A stretch of DNA of 63,454 nt, the filler included, from Hyphochytrium catenoides (lineage: Eukaryota > Protista > Hyphochytriomycota): the NCBI GenBank assembly GCA_900088475.1. It is 8 parts of 8 records of this genome, joined end to end, with 100 filler letters (N's around TTAATTAATTAA, not from the genome) between each part and the next. Parts side by side here need not be neighbours in the genome. Positions count along the whole stretch, not along the records: positions 26,205 to 43,358 come from FLMG01000962.1; 7 more parts are not named here. One strand, given 5' to 3'. The notes under the pieces are model-generated. The model saw only the letters and a program-made list of their open reading frames with translations, did not search any database and was not told the DNA's origin. Of the stretch, positions 28,597-41,500 are shown piece after piece; position 1 is the stretch's first letter, and each line of letters opens with the position of its first letter. The position numbers and the translations under genes are program-made.

Positions 28597-31500
28597 CAAC
28601 GGCTGTGAAGAACGGCGGGCAGCAAGAGATGGCAGCGGAGAGGATCCGAGCGGTGATAGAGAGCGCGGTTGATGGCATCCTGGTCATCGACTCTTCCGGT
28701 ATAGTAGAGGAGTATAACCCTGCAGCTCGCAGGATTTTTGGCTACGAGAAAGAGGAAGTTCTGGGCCAGAATGTAAAGATGCTGATGCCGCCTCCCTATC
28801 GGGAAGGGCACGACGGCTTTATCCATCGTTATTTGCAGACCGGAGAAAAGCGAGTTATCGGAATTGGGAGGAAGGTGGTTGGCAGGCGGAAGGATGGGTC
28901 AACTTTCCCGATGGATCTCTCCGTGTCTCAGATGAAAGTTGGGGAGAGCATCAAGTTTACTGGGATCGTTAGAGACACCAGTGAACAAGAAATGGCAGCG
29001 GAGAGAGTCAGAGCGGTGATAGAGAGTGCCGTGGATGGCATACTGGTCATTGACACCTCAGGGACTGTAGAAGAGTACAACCTTGCTGCGTGTCGCATGT
29101 TTGGCTATGCGAAAGAAGAAGTGCTGGGCCAGAATGTGAAGATGCTGATGCCCTTTCCTTATCGTGACAAACATGATGAGTTTATCAAACGTTACCTTCA
29201 AACGGGCGAGAAGAAAGTAATCGGCATCGGGCGAAAGGTGGTAGGTAAAAGGAAGGATGGTTCCACCTTCCCGCTTGACCTTTCAGTCTCACAGATGAAG
29301 GTCGGACAAAGCATCAAGTTTACGGGGATCGTTAGGGATATTAGCGAGCAAGAGATGGCCGCTGAAAGGATCAGAGCTGTCATAGAAAGCGCAGTAGATG
29401 GGATCCTGGTCATTGATTTCTCAGGATTGGTAGAGGAATACAATCCAGCGGCAAGGGAACTCTTCGGCTACTCTACAGAAGAAGTGCTTGGGCAGAACGT
29501 GAAGATGCTCATGCCCCCTCAGTACAGAGAGCACCACGACGGGTACATACAAAGCTACCTTCGGACAGGCGTAAAGAGGGTGATAGGAATAGGCAGAAGA
29601 GTGATTGGGCTGCGGAAGGATGGCTCTACTTTCCCTATGCACCTCTCGGTGTCAGAAATGAAGATCGGCAATAGCATCAAGTTCACTGGCATTGTTAGGG
29701 ATATGAGCAAGGAGCTTGAAGCGATGCGGATGAAGGAGCACGCGGAGTCAGAGAGTAAAGCAAAGAGCGAGTTTCTCTGCAACATGAGCCATGAGTTCAG
29801 AACTCCTCTCAATGGCATCATGGGCACAGCCAGCCTCCTCTACGAACAGGCAGAAACGGAGGGAACCAAGGAATGTGCAGATATCATTCTCACCTCTTCT
29901 CGAGCGCTCTTATCCATTGTCAATGATCTGCTGGACTATAGCAAGCTGGCAGCTGGGAAGATGGTGCTCGTGGCTGAGCATTTTGACCTGTTGCTTGCCA
30001 TGGAAAACGTCGTAGATCTGCTCTATGGGGAGGCCAACAAGAAGGGCCTTCTCCTCTATCTTGACTTCCCTCCTGACATTCCCCGATGCTACTATGGAGA
30101 TAGTGGAAGGATTAGACAGATTGTCCTGAACTTTGTCTCCAACAGCCTGAAGTTCACCAGGAAGGGGCATATAGCCATCAAAGTTCGCGGAGAAAGTAAG
30201 GACGCTTCTTCTCCCAGTCCAGGAAACTCGTTTCGTCCCCATCCCGTGGAGGCCATGGCGCCGCCCGGAGACGACCTTACTTCTCCGCAGTCCTGCGGTC
30301 AGCGTATAGTCTTACATCTATCAGTGGAGGATACAGGCATCGGTATTCCAGAAGAGAAAAAGGATGTCTTGTTTGAGCGCTTCGCACAGCTGGACAACTC
30401 ACAGACTAACGGCGGAACAGGCATTGGTCTCTCGATCTGCAAGCACTTAGCGGCTCTGCTGGAAGGTGAAGTGACTGTGGAGAGTGAGGTTGACAGTGGA
30501 AGCACATTCACACTTTCCCTCTCCCTTCCCGTGGCTGAAGAAGAGGAAGAAGAAGCAAAGTTCTCTGGCCTGGCAGTAGCTTCCCCATCTTGCTCTTTTC
30601 TAGAGCCAGACTTACAAAGAAAGAAAGCAGAAGGTGGCTGCCCCTTCGTGAAGAGCTCAGAGGGTGGCTGTCCCTTCGTCAAAAGCTCCATTTCTGACGT
30701 CACGTCCACAACCACCGATGAGGGTAGCAGCAGGATGATGGCCATGATGAGGCGCGAACGCAAAAAGACTAGCCGAGAGCTTCCAAGAACTATGGGTAGG
30801 AACAGTCCTGGCAGTAGAGAAGATGAGGAACAGGGAGGCGAAATAGTTGCGGCAACAACATCGAAACGGAAGAAAAGGCTGCTGTTTATCACACAGAGAA
30901 TACAGAGCTGGCTTCCTATTGCCAGGTATTGTGAACGCGGTCTTCAGGTAGCTGAGTCGTGTCAGGTTGTTGGCTCTATCTCTGAGGCGAGAACGGCAGC
31001 AGCAGAAGGGTTCTCAAAGGTCCTTTTCTCAACTTCGTCTTCAGTCCAGAGAGGGGAAGAAAGGAAGAGCTGCTTTAAGGATAGTCTTGGTGGGTTAAAA
31101 CCCTCTTCCACCACCTCAGCCACCCCAGCTTTCCATGCAGTGTTAATTGACCAGACCATTATCGCTCAGCATCCGACTCTCACGCAGTTTTTCACTGAGG
31201 AGCTACGAAGAGCTCACAAGGACCTAGATCTTCCTTCCCCTATCTTTATTTATGTGTCCAACGGTCAGGTGCATGGACAAGAGGAAGGGAAGGACATTCC
31301 CATCTCCTCTCCATTGAGGTTCTCTGCGCTGGAGGCCCTGATGGCCGCAGTTGATCAGCGGCTTCTCGATATTTCTTCGTCTTCTGCTTCTTTGGCTTCC
31401 CCATGTTCTCCTTCCTCCTCGATTTCGGGGTCTCCGCCATCATCTCCACTGAGTACAAAGCAGTCACCTTTGGGTTTTGACTTGGACAGCAATCCTTCTT

Positions 31501-32057
31501 TATCGGGAGCCACGGGTGCCTTGTCAAGGAGAGCCAGTCAAGTGCCTAATCTTTCAGATCCTCCTCCCGGAGCGCGGTATATATTCACTGGGACACGGAT
31601 ACTCTTAGCTGAAGACTGCATAGTAAATCAAAAGGTGGCGACTATGCACCTCAAGCGCCTAGGATGTGCGGTTGACACCGTGGCCAATGGAAGTGAGGCA
31701 GTGAAGAAGTTGCAGGAGAACAACAGCTATGACATCGTGCTGTTGGACATCCATATGCCTGTCATGGACGGGTTTACGGCAGCGAGGAAGATAAGAGAAG
31801 AGGAAGCGAAAAGGCAACAGAAAAAGCCCATTCCTCTAGTTGCTCTCACCGCTTCTGTCATGTCCAGTACGCGAAGCGAATGTACTCTGGCTGGGATGAA
31901 TTGGTTCATCAGCAAGCCGGTCGCTGCAGAGGTATTCCTGGAGCTGCTTCAAAGATACGTTCCACATCTAGCCCAGCAAGTGTCGGAGCCCGCGGGCACG
32001 AAGAAATTGTACAAGAAGTCATCCTCGTCGACAAGGAAGACAGAGGGGGCAAGGTAA
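28597..32057 (+). CDS. Hybrid sensor histidine kinase: 3x FixL-type PAS, HisKA, HATPase, degenerate receiver, receiver. No intron seen. The true start may lie in or before the N gap (first visible ATG at 28629).
   Basis: Three PAS/PAC repeats; H-box EFLCNMSHEFRTPLNGI; N-box QIVLNFVSNSLKFT; G1 DTGIGI; F LFERF; G2 GGTGIGLSI; receiver RILLAED..DIVLLDIHMPVMDG..VALTAS..FISKP. Confidence 0.95.
28623..29705 (+). repeat. Three tandem 363-nt coding repeats (121-aa PAS units)
   Basis: QEMAAER(I/V)RAVIESAVDGILVID recurs with ATG at 28629, 28992 and 29355. The proteins are near-identical, with many synonymous differences. Confidence 0.95.
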
Positions 32058-33221
32058 CAGCTCCGACAGCAGCGCCAACTTCTTCTTTTGGTCTAAAGAT
32101 TTCGAGGCACGTACCGACGCCCCAACAGAGGCAGAGTGGGGGTCTCAAGAACACGTTGGCAGCCTTATCACAAAGTTGACTCTCCAGCCTTGCTAATGAC
32201 GTAGGGGAAAACGCCGCATGAGTTCATCATTGGCACAAGAAGCATGATGGATAGTCCCTACCATCTGCCGCTAGGATGCCGCAAGAATTCCTTAAAGCAG
32301 AGAGCAGAAGACGAGCAGAGGAGAGAGATGACGGGCTGTTGCCGACTGCGTTTTGTTAGCTCCTGTCGTTGAGCTGTAAAGACGAGCAAGCTGTAATCCT
32401 TACGAAGGAATAAGGGAGTGAGTCGAGTAGGAACTTCTATGTAAGTCAGAGGCTCAAGATCTCAATTGCTGGCTTCACGGAGCATGTCAATGCTGGTACT
32501 ATGTCTAATGAAAAGTGGTCTTCAAAATATCTTGCCCAATGGTAACATTCGCGGTTTAGATCTAGCTGAAGTGGTGTGCCTGGCGTAGCTGATGGGCAAC
32601 TTAGTCTGGGCCGTGGCAATGGAGGACAAGAGTAGGACCTTCCTGCTGCCTTATAGCTCAACAAGAAGAGTGTTGATAGGTGCGAGGGCCCTGTCCGTAG
32701 ACTTATACATGGCTCATATGCTAAGTGCTAGTTAGCGGTTAGGGATAGAACATTGGGTCATTCTGCACCGAGAGGACAAGCGCAGATATTCATTTGGTCA
32801 CATTGAAGGAGGGAAGAGTAACGATATATATTAATAGTGATGATAGCTCGATCGTCCCGACCGAATCGAGTCTCTCACTCCCTGCAAAGTGGCCACGCTG
32901 TTGGGGAGAAGCTTCTGAGGCTGTGCGGCCGATGTGACTCCACCGAGCAACGAGATGCAGAGGGCGCATTGGGGTGGCCATAACATCGCTACGGATTTGG
33001 TGATGAAGNNNNNNNNNNNNNNNNNNNNNNNNNNNNNNNNNNNNNNNNNNNNNNTTGCAGTAGCCACAGGCACATGAGAAGGCACCAATACAAAGGAGAC
33101 CTCAAATGGGGTGGCTGCTTGCGATATCTGCTTCAGGCCGCACTCCCAAGCAAACACAGCCGCTCGGTTCTATTTTCCTCTCTGCCTGCACCTGTTTCCT
33201 GCCTGTGGTGACAACTAACGG

Positions 33222-34433
33222 CTAAAGCGGACGCGCAGCTCGAGTGGAGGACGACCTTGAGCGCGAGGAGGACTGGTTGTGGACTACCACTGGTGCAGGA
33301 CTGGAGATGATGCTGTAGAAGAAAGAGAATGGCATCCTCCCTGACGTAATCAACGTTGCCTCTGCGCAGGGTACGTCTACGGCAACATGTTCTGGGACTA
33401 GCGTCGCGTAGGTCGTTATTGGCAATCCTGTTGCTCTTCTTCCGTCTTCTTCTGAGCTTCTATTGATATCCTTGGCGCTCATCAGAAGAGATGAAGTCGT
33501 TCCCTTCTTTCCAAAGGTGGTGTCCGCGCTACTGGAGAGGAAGTGTCGCTGGACCCAGAAACCGACACAAGCTAGAAGGAGAAGAGAAAGAATAATGATC
33601 ACCGTCAGCAAAATCGTCCATACATCATCACTGTCAGACGAAGAAGACTGCGGCTCTGCCTTCTTCCTATCGTCTTTATCTACTGGTGGAGCCGTTGCAG
33701 TACTGGCAGCCGACCCTTTTGCTTCCTCTCTCTGGCCAGCTACTCCTTGGCTGGGAACCGCAGATTCGGAGTTAGCTCTGCCCTCAGAACCCGAAGGAAG
33801 CTTGCTTGCTTGGGTAACGACTTCATTGCAGCTTTCTGCGGACGAGGAGACTTGTCCAACAAGAAGCCGATCTAAAAGGCACTGACAGTAGAGTAAAGCT
33901 TTCTGCTTCTCAGTCTGGGATAAAGTAGTCGTCGACCCGGTTGAAGCTGTAGGTGGCCTTCCTCCTCCACCGAGGTTTATGACCTTCTCTGGTCCCAAGG
34001 AAGTGGCAGAAGGAACTGTGGATGGGCTTTGGGTTTGAAGATCAGCAGCTTCAAGCGCCCTTCCTCCTGCCTGGGAAACCTTCGAATTGTTGCTCCTCGA
34101 GGCAGAAATTGAACAAGATTGACAGCCATTTAAAGCAGGTGTGAAGACACAGCTTGCAAGGGCACCACTCTCCTCTTGGAGGCACTTTTTCGCCATTGAG
34201 CTATTAAATACGTTTTGCGCTTGGTAGCAGGAGCAGGCCCGTTGGGCAAAGTCAATGTCAAAGACCCGCTCTAGGCCGCCTCCTGGTCCGCACTCCGCTG
34301 TAAGATTAAAAGGAGGAGATGGCGCGAAGTCAGCACTTAGTCTTGGAACTAAGTTTGCGCACATCAAGGCGTAAGCAGCCAGGAGGCCGAGGAAAGGAGA
34401 AGGACACTTTCGACAAAATGCTAGCCATGCCAT
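33222..34433 (-). CDS. Intronless type I membrane protein with a Cys-rich ectodomain, unknown function
   Basis: 403-aa non-repetitive ORF: N-terminal hydrophobic signal (FLGLLAAYALMCA), Cys domain, S/T-rich stalk, TM segment VWTILLTVIIILSLLLLACVGFWV, cytoplasmic tail. A paralog lies at 42.5 kb. Confidence 0.8.
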   Translation of the reverse strand: MAWLAFCRKCPSPFLGLLAAYALMCANLVPRLSADFAPSPPFNLTAECGPGGGLERVFDIDFAQRACSCYQAQNVFNSSMAKKCLQEESGALASCVFTPALNGCQSCSISASRSNNSKVSQAGGRALEAADLQTQSPSTVPSATSLGPEKVINLGGGGRPPTASTGSTTTLSQTEKQKALLYCQCLLDRLLVGQVSSSAESCNEVVTQASKLPSGSEGRANSESAVPSQGVAGQREEAKGSAASTATAPPVDKDDRKKAEPQSSSSDSDDVWTILLTVIIILSLLLLACVGFWVQRHFLSSSADTTFGKKGTTSSLLMSAKDINRSSEEDGRRATGLPITTYATLVPEHVAVDVPCAEATLITSGRMPFSFFYSIISSPAPVVVHNQSSSRSRSSSTRAARPL

Positions 34434-37400
34434 TCGTCCGTGACCTATAGTCTCTATGTTTATCCAACTGTCCGATGAGATTCAAGTGAAGAGTTAGCTG
34501 CGAGGGATGTCAGAGGTGACGAGGAGCAAGCAGCAAAGATTGATCCCGTCCATGCCGAGAGAGGGAAAAGCTCAGTAGAATGGGCAATGCTGTCTCCTGC
34601 GATAAAGAGCGAGCTCACCAAGAAGGCACTATAAAGCACTCATGTAGATGGAGTTTCGACGGCGAGCAACCACTGCGCAAGACTCAAGATGTAGGAGGGG
34701 AGAGGACTCCAAGTCTTTTTTGACCAAGGCACAGAAGCTGTGCCCGAGAAACGGAAGCAGGAGGTAAGAAGGAGCAGCCAGAGACGGAAGATCGGGAGAG
34801 CCAGATATCACCGCTAATGTAATATGGGACAGAACAATGGACGGAGTAAGAAGTGTAGCAGATAGTTACAGGTCAAGAGCCAGAAGCTTGGCAGAAAAAG
34901 AGGGGCGAAGAGGATTTTATGCACCCTAGGACCGGTGCTTTAATTACAATGGAAGCTGCTGGCAGCATGGCGAGGTTAAACTGATGTCATGACAGAGACA
35001 CAAGGCTGAAGGATAGCGTTCTCTAGTCAGTCATACTAGCTCTACTGCTACCTTATTAAGCTACAGCACGGGGTGCGTTCCTCGCGGCGGAAATGTCAGC
35101 TCCCCGCTCCACTCCTCCTGCGTTGATGTGGTTAGTAGGGTTTAGGGTAGAGCAAGAGTTCATGCCAAAAAAGACAGGAATGTCAAAGTCCGCGAAGAAC
35201 AAGAGGCCTTGCAAGTAACAAGTGATTCTGCCTACTCTTAGCACCAGCCACTCCCTATTAGATCTACTCCTTCCCACACTCTAGCCCTATGAGTCAGAAG
35301 TACGTTGTAACTTCCCCCGTACTTCGGTACTTCTACTGCTACAGCCTTTAGCCTTTGCTACTTCTACAGCCAGATGAGGCGTGGTTCTACTTTCGTCTCG
35401 TTATTGCAGAGTGCAAAGGAAATGTCATGGCGCTGCCTGTCTCTGCAGCCACGCTGACTAGTTCTACTGACTACTATGGCAAGACCTAAGACCTCGGAGC
35501 TCAACCAAGCCCGCCTTATGAGCAGCAAGTAATGGAGTTGACGGACGGAGCGGAAGGGTTGAAAATTGTCTAGAGGTCTCATCACCCGGCTCACCGTCCA
35601 CTTGAGGAACAGAGGTGCTCGAGGTCTCGAGGTTCTATCCTCTTCTTCTCCCTCACTCACTGCCTTGGCCAGTGGCAACTTTAGTGGCTTGGAGCTGGGA
35701 CGGAAAAGGTCTTCCATCTGGAATCGAGCACATCGTCACCGTCATCAGACAAGCATTAGCTTTCTATATTCTAGATTTGTCAAGACTCAGCGGACTCAGC
35801 CAGAAACGGAAGCTTTGGACCAGGCCGCGCTCTCTTCCTTGTGTACGTGCAGCCAAGTATCCGCGGGTACTTGTATAAGTCCTGAAGTCGCTGTTCTGCT
35901 AGAAGTCTTACTATTTACCACGGTATCCCCTTGACCAGCAACTCTTCCTTCACGCTACTTACTACTAACACAATCCATTACTACTGTTTTACTTGGGTGC
36001 CGACGAAGATAACGATATAGATTCCCTGTAGGAGTTTGTCACCTTCACTACCTGTACACGGTACGACCTATTGTGCTCCTGTCTCCTTCAGAACCCGTAC
36101 AGCTCTGAACTCTGACACCTCTCGGAGGTCGAGGAGGACCCGGACTGTCGCGCCCCCAGCAAAGGCTGCCGCCAGTCTACATCATTAACAAAGCTTCGAA
36201 GCACAGGAAAGCTACTCTCATCACCTCTCAAATCAAGGATGCCAGGTACATGTGTGTATCGAAGAAGTTCGGCGTCCATTGCAAGCAATGTTGCGGAGAG
36301 CAAGCAGCGGCGGTGGCACCTGGACGAGGAGCATAAAGGAAAAAGTCTGAGCCACATACACACACGTGGAGTAATAAAACCGCAACAATGTGTGTGTCTA
36401 CTCTACCAATGTGCAATGATAGAAGCATCAGAGGACTCTGTTCCCAGTGGCAAAGCAACAGATAGATCAGGCCGACAAAGATTTTTTACTGTTACTAGAA
36501 CGTTCGTGTGTAGCAGGATTTTCAACACCAATTTCCACGAAGCGTTAGCCAGCTGCCGACAGCTTTGTCCTAATAGAAGAAGGAGGTTTCTAACGAGAAC
36601 CGTTCGTTTTGATGACCGCATAAGCCTGGTAGGAGGGTTCCCGTCATGAGGCCCTTGAAACATCTGTCGAGCTATCTGTAGTCGTAGAAGTTCCTTGTTC
36701 TTGTGGTGGGCACTGTTTAGTAGGTTTTGCCCTGCGTTCTTCTTTTTACTTTTGGTGCCTCAGCAGCGTGGCAGAGTCTCAGTCCAACAGGGACAGCCAG
36801 AAGACTCTGCTGTTCTAGTGTGGGCACCGACACCGTACTAAGGCTTACTACCTCCTTCTATCTCTCCCTTCCTCGTGCTCCATGACAGCCACTTTATTAG
36901 TACCATAATAACTTGTTTCCTGGGTTAATGCTCTTAGAATTGAACGCATACAGCACACCTTGTTATTATGACTGTACGACCCTCTTCTGGGAGCTCTGAA
37001 TCAACTTGTGTTGAATGTCTCTCCACAAGTACGTGTGCAGCTGCGGTCAGGTACTATTGACCAAGTAGTCTCGTCTGAAGTCACCTCCATTGAATGCAGG
37101 AGCTTGTTGCTAAGACAAGAGAGGTGCTCAATCATGTTATTGACGTAGATGCTATCAAGGTGCTCTTGATTGGGATGGTATGTACACGAAGTCCCGTCAG
37201 AACAGAACCCGCCTCGAGTAGTCATCCAAAAAATCCAAAGGCCTCTCATTTATCCAGACATCGGACTGCATCCCCCAATTAGAAGTACGTGACCTTATAG
37301 AAAATGTCTTATTATCAAATTATACAACTCTTATCAATGACCTGGACAGAGGAATGGTCCAGCAGGTAGCCTTTAGAACGAGCAGCAACAAAAGTCGGTT

Positions 37401-38372
37401 CATGCAGCTTTGGATAAAATATTCTTCGAGCTGCTAGACTGCTACCTACTGAGTGTCCAACACCACAGGGTTACTACTTGGCAACGTCGGCAACAAGCGC
37501 ATCGACGCATCGTCGTTACCTAGAGGCCACATCGGTCATCATCATCAATGTTGTTCCATCAATGAGTGATGAAAACTAAAGCACTTCTTCATTGAACAAT
37601 CAACAACCTCAGAAATCCCCTAGGTGCAGGGGCGTTGCCCCTTGTTCATAACTAACTTGAAACCCCCGAGATTAATATGTTTCTCCACGAATATCCTCGG
37701 TCCGTTAGTAGAGTAGGTAGGAAACTTAATGAAGACCCTCGAGATTAAGTCAGTCTCCATATGCGAACCGAAACTGACATTACCAAGCCAAAGGTCACAT
37801 CAGTCACATCACCAGGACGTAACTTCATTGCCAGTCTCATGAAGTCTGGAGCCTGCTGGAGCGCGAGCAAACTAGACCAGTCTGCCGTCTGCCATGACAC
37901 CATGAATAATAATCAGCCATCGTCGTGGCAGGGACAACAGCTTCACGAGCCTCGATCCTTCTTTGCGCTACTGGTGGCGGGTAGTTGCTGAGGCCCACTC
38001 CATAAGGCACCCTTGTTCTTTTGCGTAGTGTTCCCGCGTGGAGGAGAGAGCTACTTGTTGCCTCTATGATCGGCTGTCCCCATTTAACGTCGAGGAGACA
38101 CCACGCCAGCATCTGGCCTGGTCAACCATCCCATAATCAGTTCAGCTGGTCACTCTGTCTCCTTCAATAGGGTGCTGTCTTGGAGAATGGCGAGGAGGTT
38201 TGCTTCACGGCCTCAGATTTTCGATTCTACCGACTACTAGCAAAGAAAGACTTTCTCCCGAGGCAGCTGTATAGCCCAGAGGGAAGAAGCTACAGCGGCA
38301 TATTGCACAAGAGCCACTTCATTGATTGAGTCTCTCAGACCTATCGAAGCCACGGCGGGCTTGTCTTCATAG

Positions 38373-38516
38373 GAAATGCTTCAAGAGCCATTTTTCATCT
38401 TCTTCCTCATCGGAGCAGGCGTCTTCTACACCGCGGAAACCGAGGACTTCTACTATTTGGGATTAGGGGCCCTCCTCCTCAACTTCCTCGCGTTTCTAAT
38501 GATCACTTATCTTTGA
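38373..38516 (+). CDS. Probable terminal exon of an unidentified membrane protein (two short hydrophobic helices)
   Basis: After cttcatAG it reads EMLQEPFFIFFLIGAGVFYTAETEDFYYLGLGALLLNFLAFLMITYL*. Candidate upstream exons exist (e.g. ~37100-37177 ELVAKTREVLNHVIDVDAIKVLLIGM between AG and GT), but the full model is unresolved. Confidence 0.35.
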   Translation, partial: EMLQEPFFIFFLIGAGVFYTAETEDFYYLGLGALLLNFLAFLMITYL

Positions 38517-41500
38517 CCCTCCCACATGACGAGCTATGGAAGAGGTCAACATCACCATCGGAAGAAATATTAACTGAAACCAGGCTAAAGGCTGGAGGTT
38601 AATTGACCTACTCCTCGTCGCCTATCAACCCTCCTCTCTCGGCTATGCCACAGAGCAACGTCTGTCATCCATCTCTTTCTGGACTGTCTTTTGGTCTACT
38701 CAACTTCGGTCGAAGTGCCCAACTGCGGGATCGCTTTTAGAGGGCACCGTGACATATATTTTTGTCAATTGCCGCTTCTCAGCAAGACGGTCAATAGATA
38801 TTTTCGTTGCAAGCAACTCCCGTAAGCACTACTACGGTGCAGAAGAGCTCTTTACCTCTTCTTGGTCTTCATCTTCCTTGTCATGGGCGGGACGCGGTAC
38901 AAACAGGAGCTGATGTAGTGCGATTTTTCCCTCTTTGCCACTGTGTGTATGTTAGTCATCGTATGGAGTGTTCGTGTCTCTCAAGACAAGTAGTGGGCAG
39001 ACCCTTTCTCCAATAGTGATCTCCACATTATGTCTTAAGTACTATAGGTTGAGACGCGTAACAGGCGCTCTGGGTAGGCTACTACTGCGGATTATTGATA
39101 TTATCTAAAGGATCTAACGGTTAATCTTTTGACTTCATGAGGTGGTGTTATGACTTTCCTGCCCGCGGATCCCACTGACTAACCAACGAGGAGGGACTGC
39201 TTGGCATAAGTGAGTCTAGTTGAGTTGCAAACCACGAGGACGAAGAAGGGGCAGAGCCCGTATTATCGCTCTTATCTCACAGGCTGAACAGTGCCGAGCT
39301 TCACGACCTTTCCAGTAACCTCAGTATTTGCCTTCTATCCTCGTTCGCCTGCCTTTTGCATATCTGCAGAATCTCCGGCAATGTTCTAAGAGCCAGAGTC
39401 AGTCGGCGGGGTTTATCATCTTCATCTTGTATGGGCTCTTCATCCCTTCCACCCACCTTCTTTCTTCTTCTTCTGTTGTGAAGAAGTCCGCGTAGCGTCA
39501 ATGAGAAGAAACCATCATTTCGGAACCACCACCCTTTGCCTGTGGTGGGCATAGATGCGTGTGACACGGACAGACATCGAGCCGGAGGAGCGTTACAATG
39601 GCTGAGGGCCCGATCCAGTCAGAGGAACCTGCACGACCCTGTTACAATGCGAAGACGAACAAAATCGGTACGCCACCATCACAAAGGGCCTCAGAAGGGC
39701 ACGGGGAGTACTACATGCTAGTCTACAGAGAGGATGCACGCCAAGTAGAGGAGGAAGGAGGACTACTGCCAAATGAGGCGAAAGGGACAAAAGTCAGGTG
39801 GAAGTGGAGTGAGAGAGAAAGGTGAGAAAGAAGGATAGAGATTGCAGTCAACTCTTGGGTGGGATGCAGAAAGTGAGCCGGGCAATGTCACCCACCACCT
39901 TTATTGACCCATAAGACAAGAGACTGATGAGTGGAACAATCGCACAGGAAGGGGGAACAAGGAGAACAGAATTCTTGTTTGAGTGGACAGAGTCCTGCGA
40001 AGAAGTGCCGGTGATGGGCAATCAGGGTCGAGCTGAGACCCAGTAATAGTAGATAGAAGCAATCTACGGGTACAATAAAAGAAGAAGAAGTCAGGAGGGA
40101 GGCGCATGAGAGAAATACAAAGGAGAAGCAGGAACCAGGAGGACAACAACAAGGATAATCGGAAGAGGAGAGAAAATAGCTAGGTATCTCTCAGTAGTAG
40201 CCTTGTTTTGCTGATCTTCCTGACGGGAGACAACAGGTATCTTAACGCAGGTCATTATTAGAGATAGGGCGTTGTTCCTTGTGGTATTAGCAAATCATCA
40301 TGCAGTCGTCAGCCATCATACTACTACTAAGGAAAAAGAGTAGAGCTATGGAGGAGAAGGACGAAGATTGAACGAGGACACGTTAAATTATGAGGGCTGA
40401 CACTCCTTAGCTGGCTGCACGCTGCCTGTACAAAAGTAGACAATGTTGTTGATGAACTAGTAGGAGAGAGACCACCATGTTGATTAAGGCCCCAGCATCG
40501 ACAGGCGTCCTTCTCCTTCTCAACCGTCAGCCAGGAAGGAAAGGGAACAGTTCAAGGAGAAAGAGTTGAGACAAAGAAGCAACAGAGGCAGAGCGCACGT
40601 CGTGAGGTTGATGGGAGAGACTGTTGGCTAAGCCAACCGCGCATGCAAAAGGGAGGGAGAGAGACAGACAGAGAGAGAGAGAGAGAGAGACAGAGAGAGA
40701 GAGAGAGTGAAGAGAGAGAGAGAGGGAGAGAGAGTCCCAGACTGAGAGAGAGAGGGACAGAGAGTCCCACGCTGCGCGATCCGAAGAAGAGAGGAGGAAG
40801 AGTTCTTAGCTCTCTTGTGCCTCTGCCCTCACAGTGACCGCGGGCGCCGATCCTGTGACCCAGGGAACGGCCATCAGAACCCAGAGCTCCACGTGCTAGA
40901 CGTATTACTATGACCAGCGGGAATAGCGCCATAGCGATCCTCAACCTTGCGTGTATTACTACTCCTAACCTGCGCCTTTTGGTAACGGCGGTCCGACGTC
41001 CCTCAGTCACCCCCCAGCACCCCGAGGAGAAGGTTTAGGAAGCTTCAGTATCAAAGGCACCGGAATGCTAGGGTTTGTGGTGTATCACTGTCGGGGCGGA
41101 ATAGGGTCAGGTAGTATCAAGTGTGCTATCATCATGGAGGAGACGGAGGAGAGACAGACAAGAGGAAAGGAGGAGGAGGGACAAGAGACAGGGAAGGCGG
41201 GGCCAATGAGACAGATTTGAAGAGAGGTACATAAGATGAATGACTGTAAGTAATAGTTTTAGGAGACAGAGCGTGGCAGAGGTAGGAAGGTGCTTGAAGG
41301 TGAGATGCATGTCAGAGTAATGGAAGTGCTGCCCTTCAGAGACATGGCAAGGAGGCACAGGACACCATGAGAGGAGAGAGAGAGAGAGAGAGAGAGAGAA
41401 GAGAGAGAGGAGAGAGAGGAGAGAGGGAGAGAGAGAGAGAAGAGAAAGGAGAGAGAGAGAGAGAGAGAGGAGAAAGGAGACAGAGGAAGAGAGAAGAGAA

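Noticed and set aside
29198-31915. Minus-strand ORFs overlapping the kinase
   Set aside because: They are antisense shadows of the coding strand.
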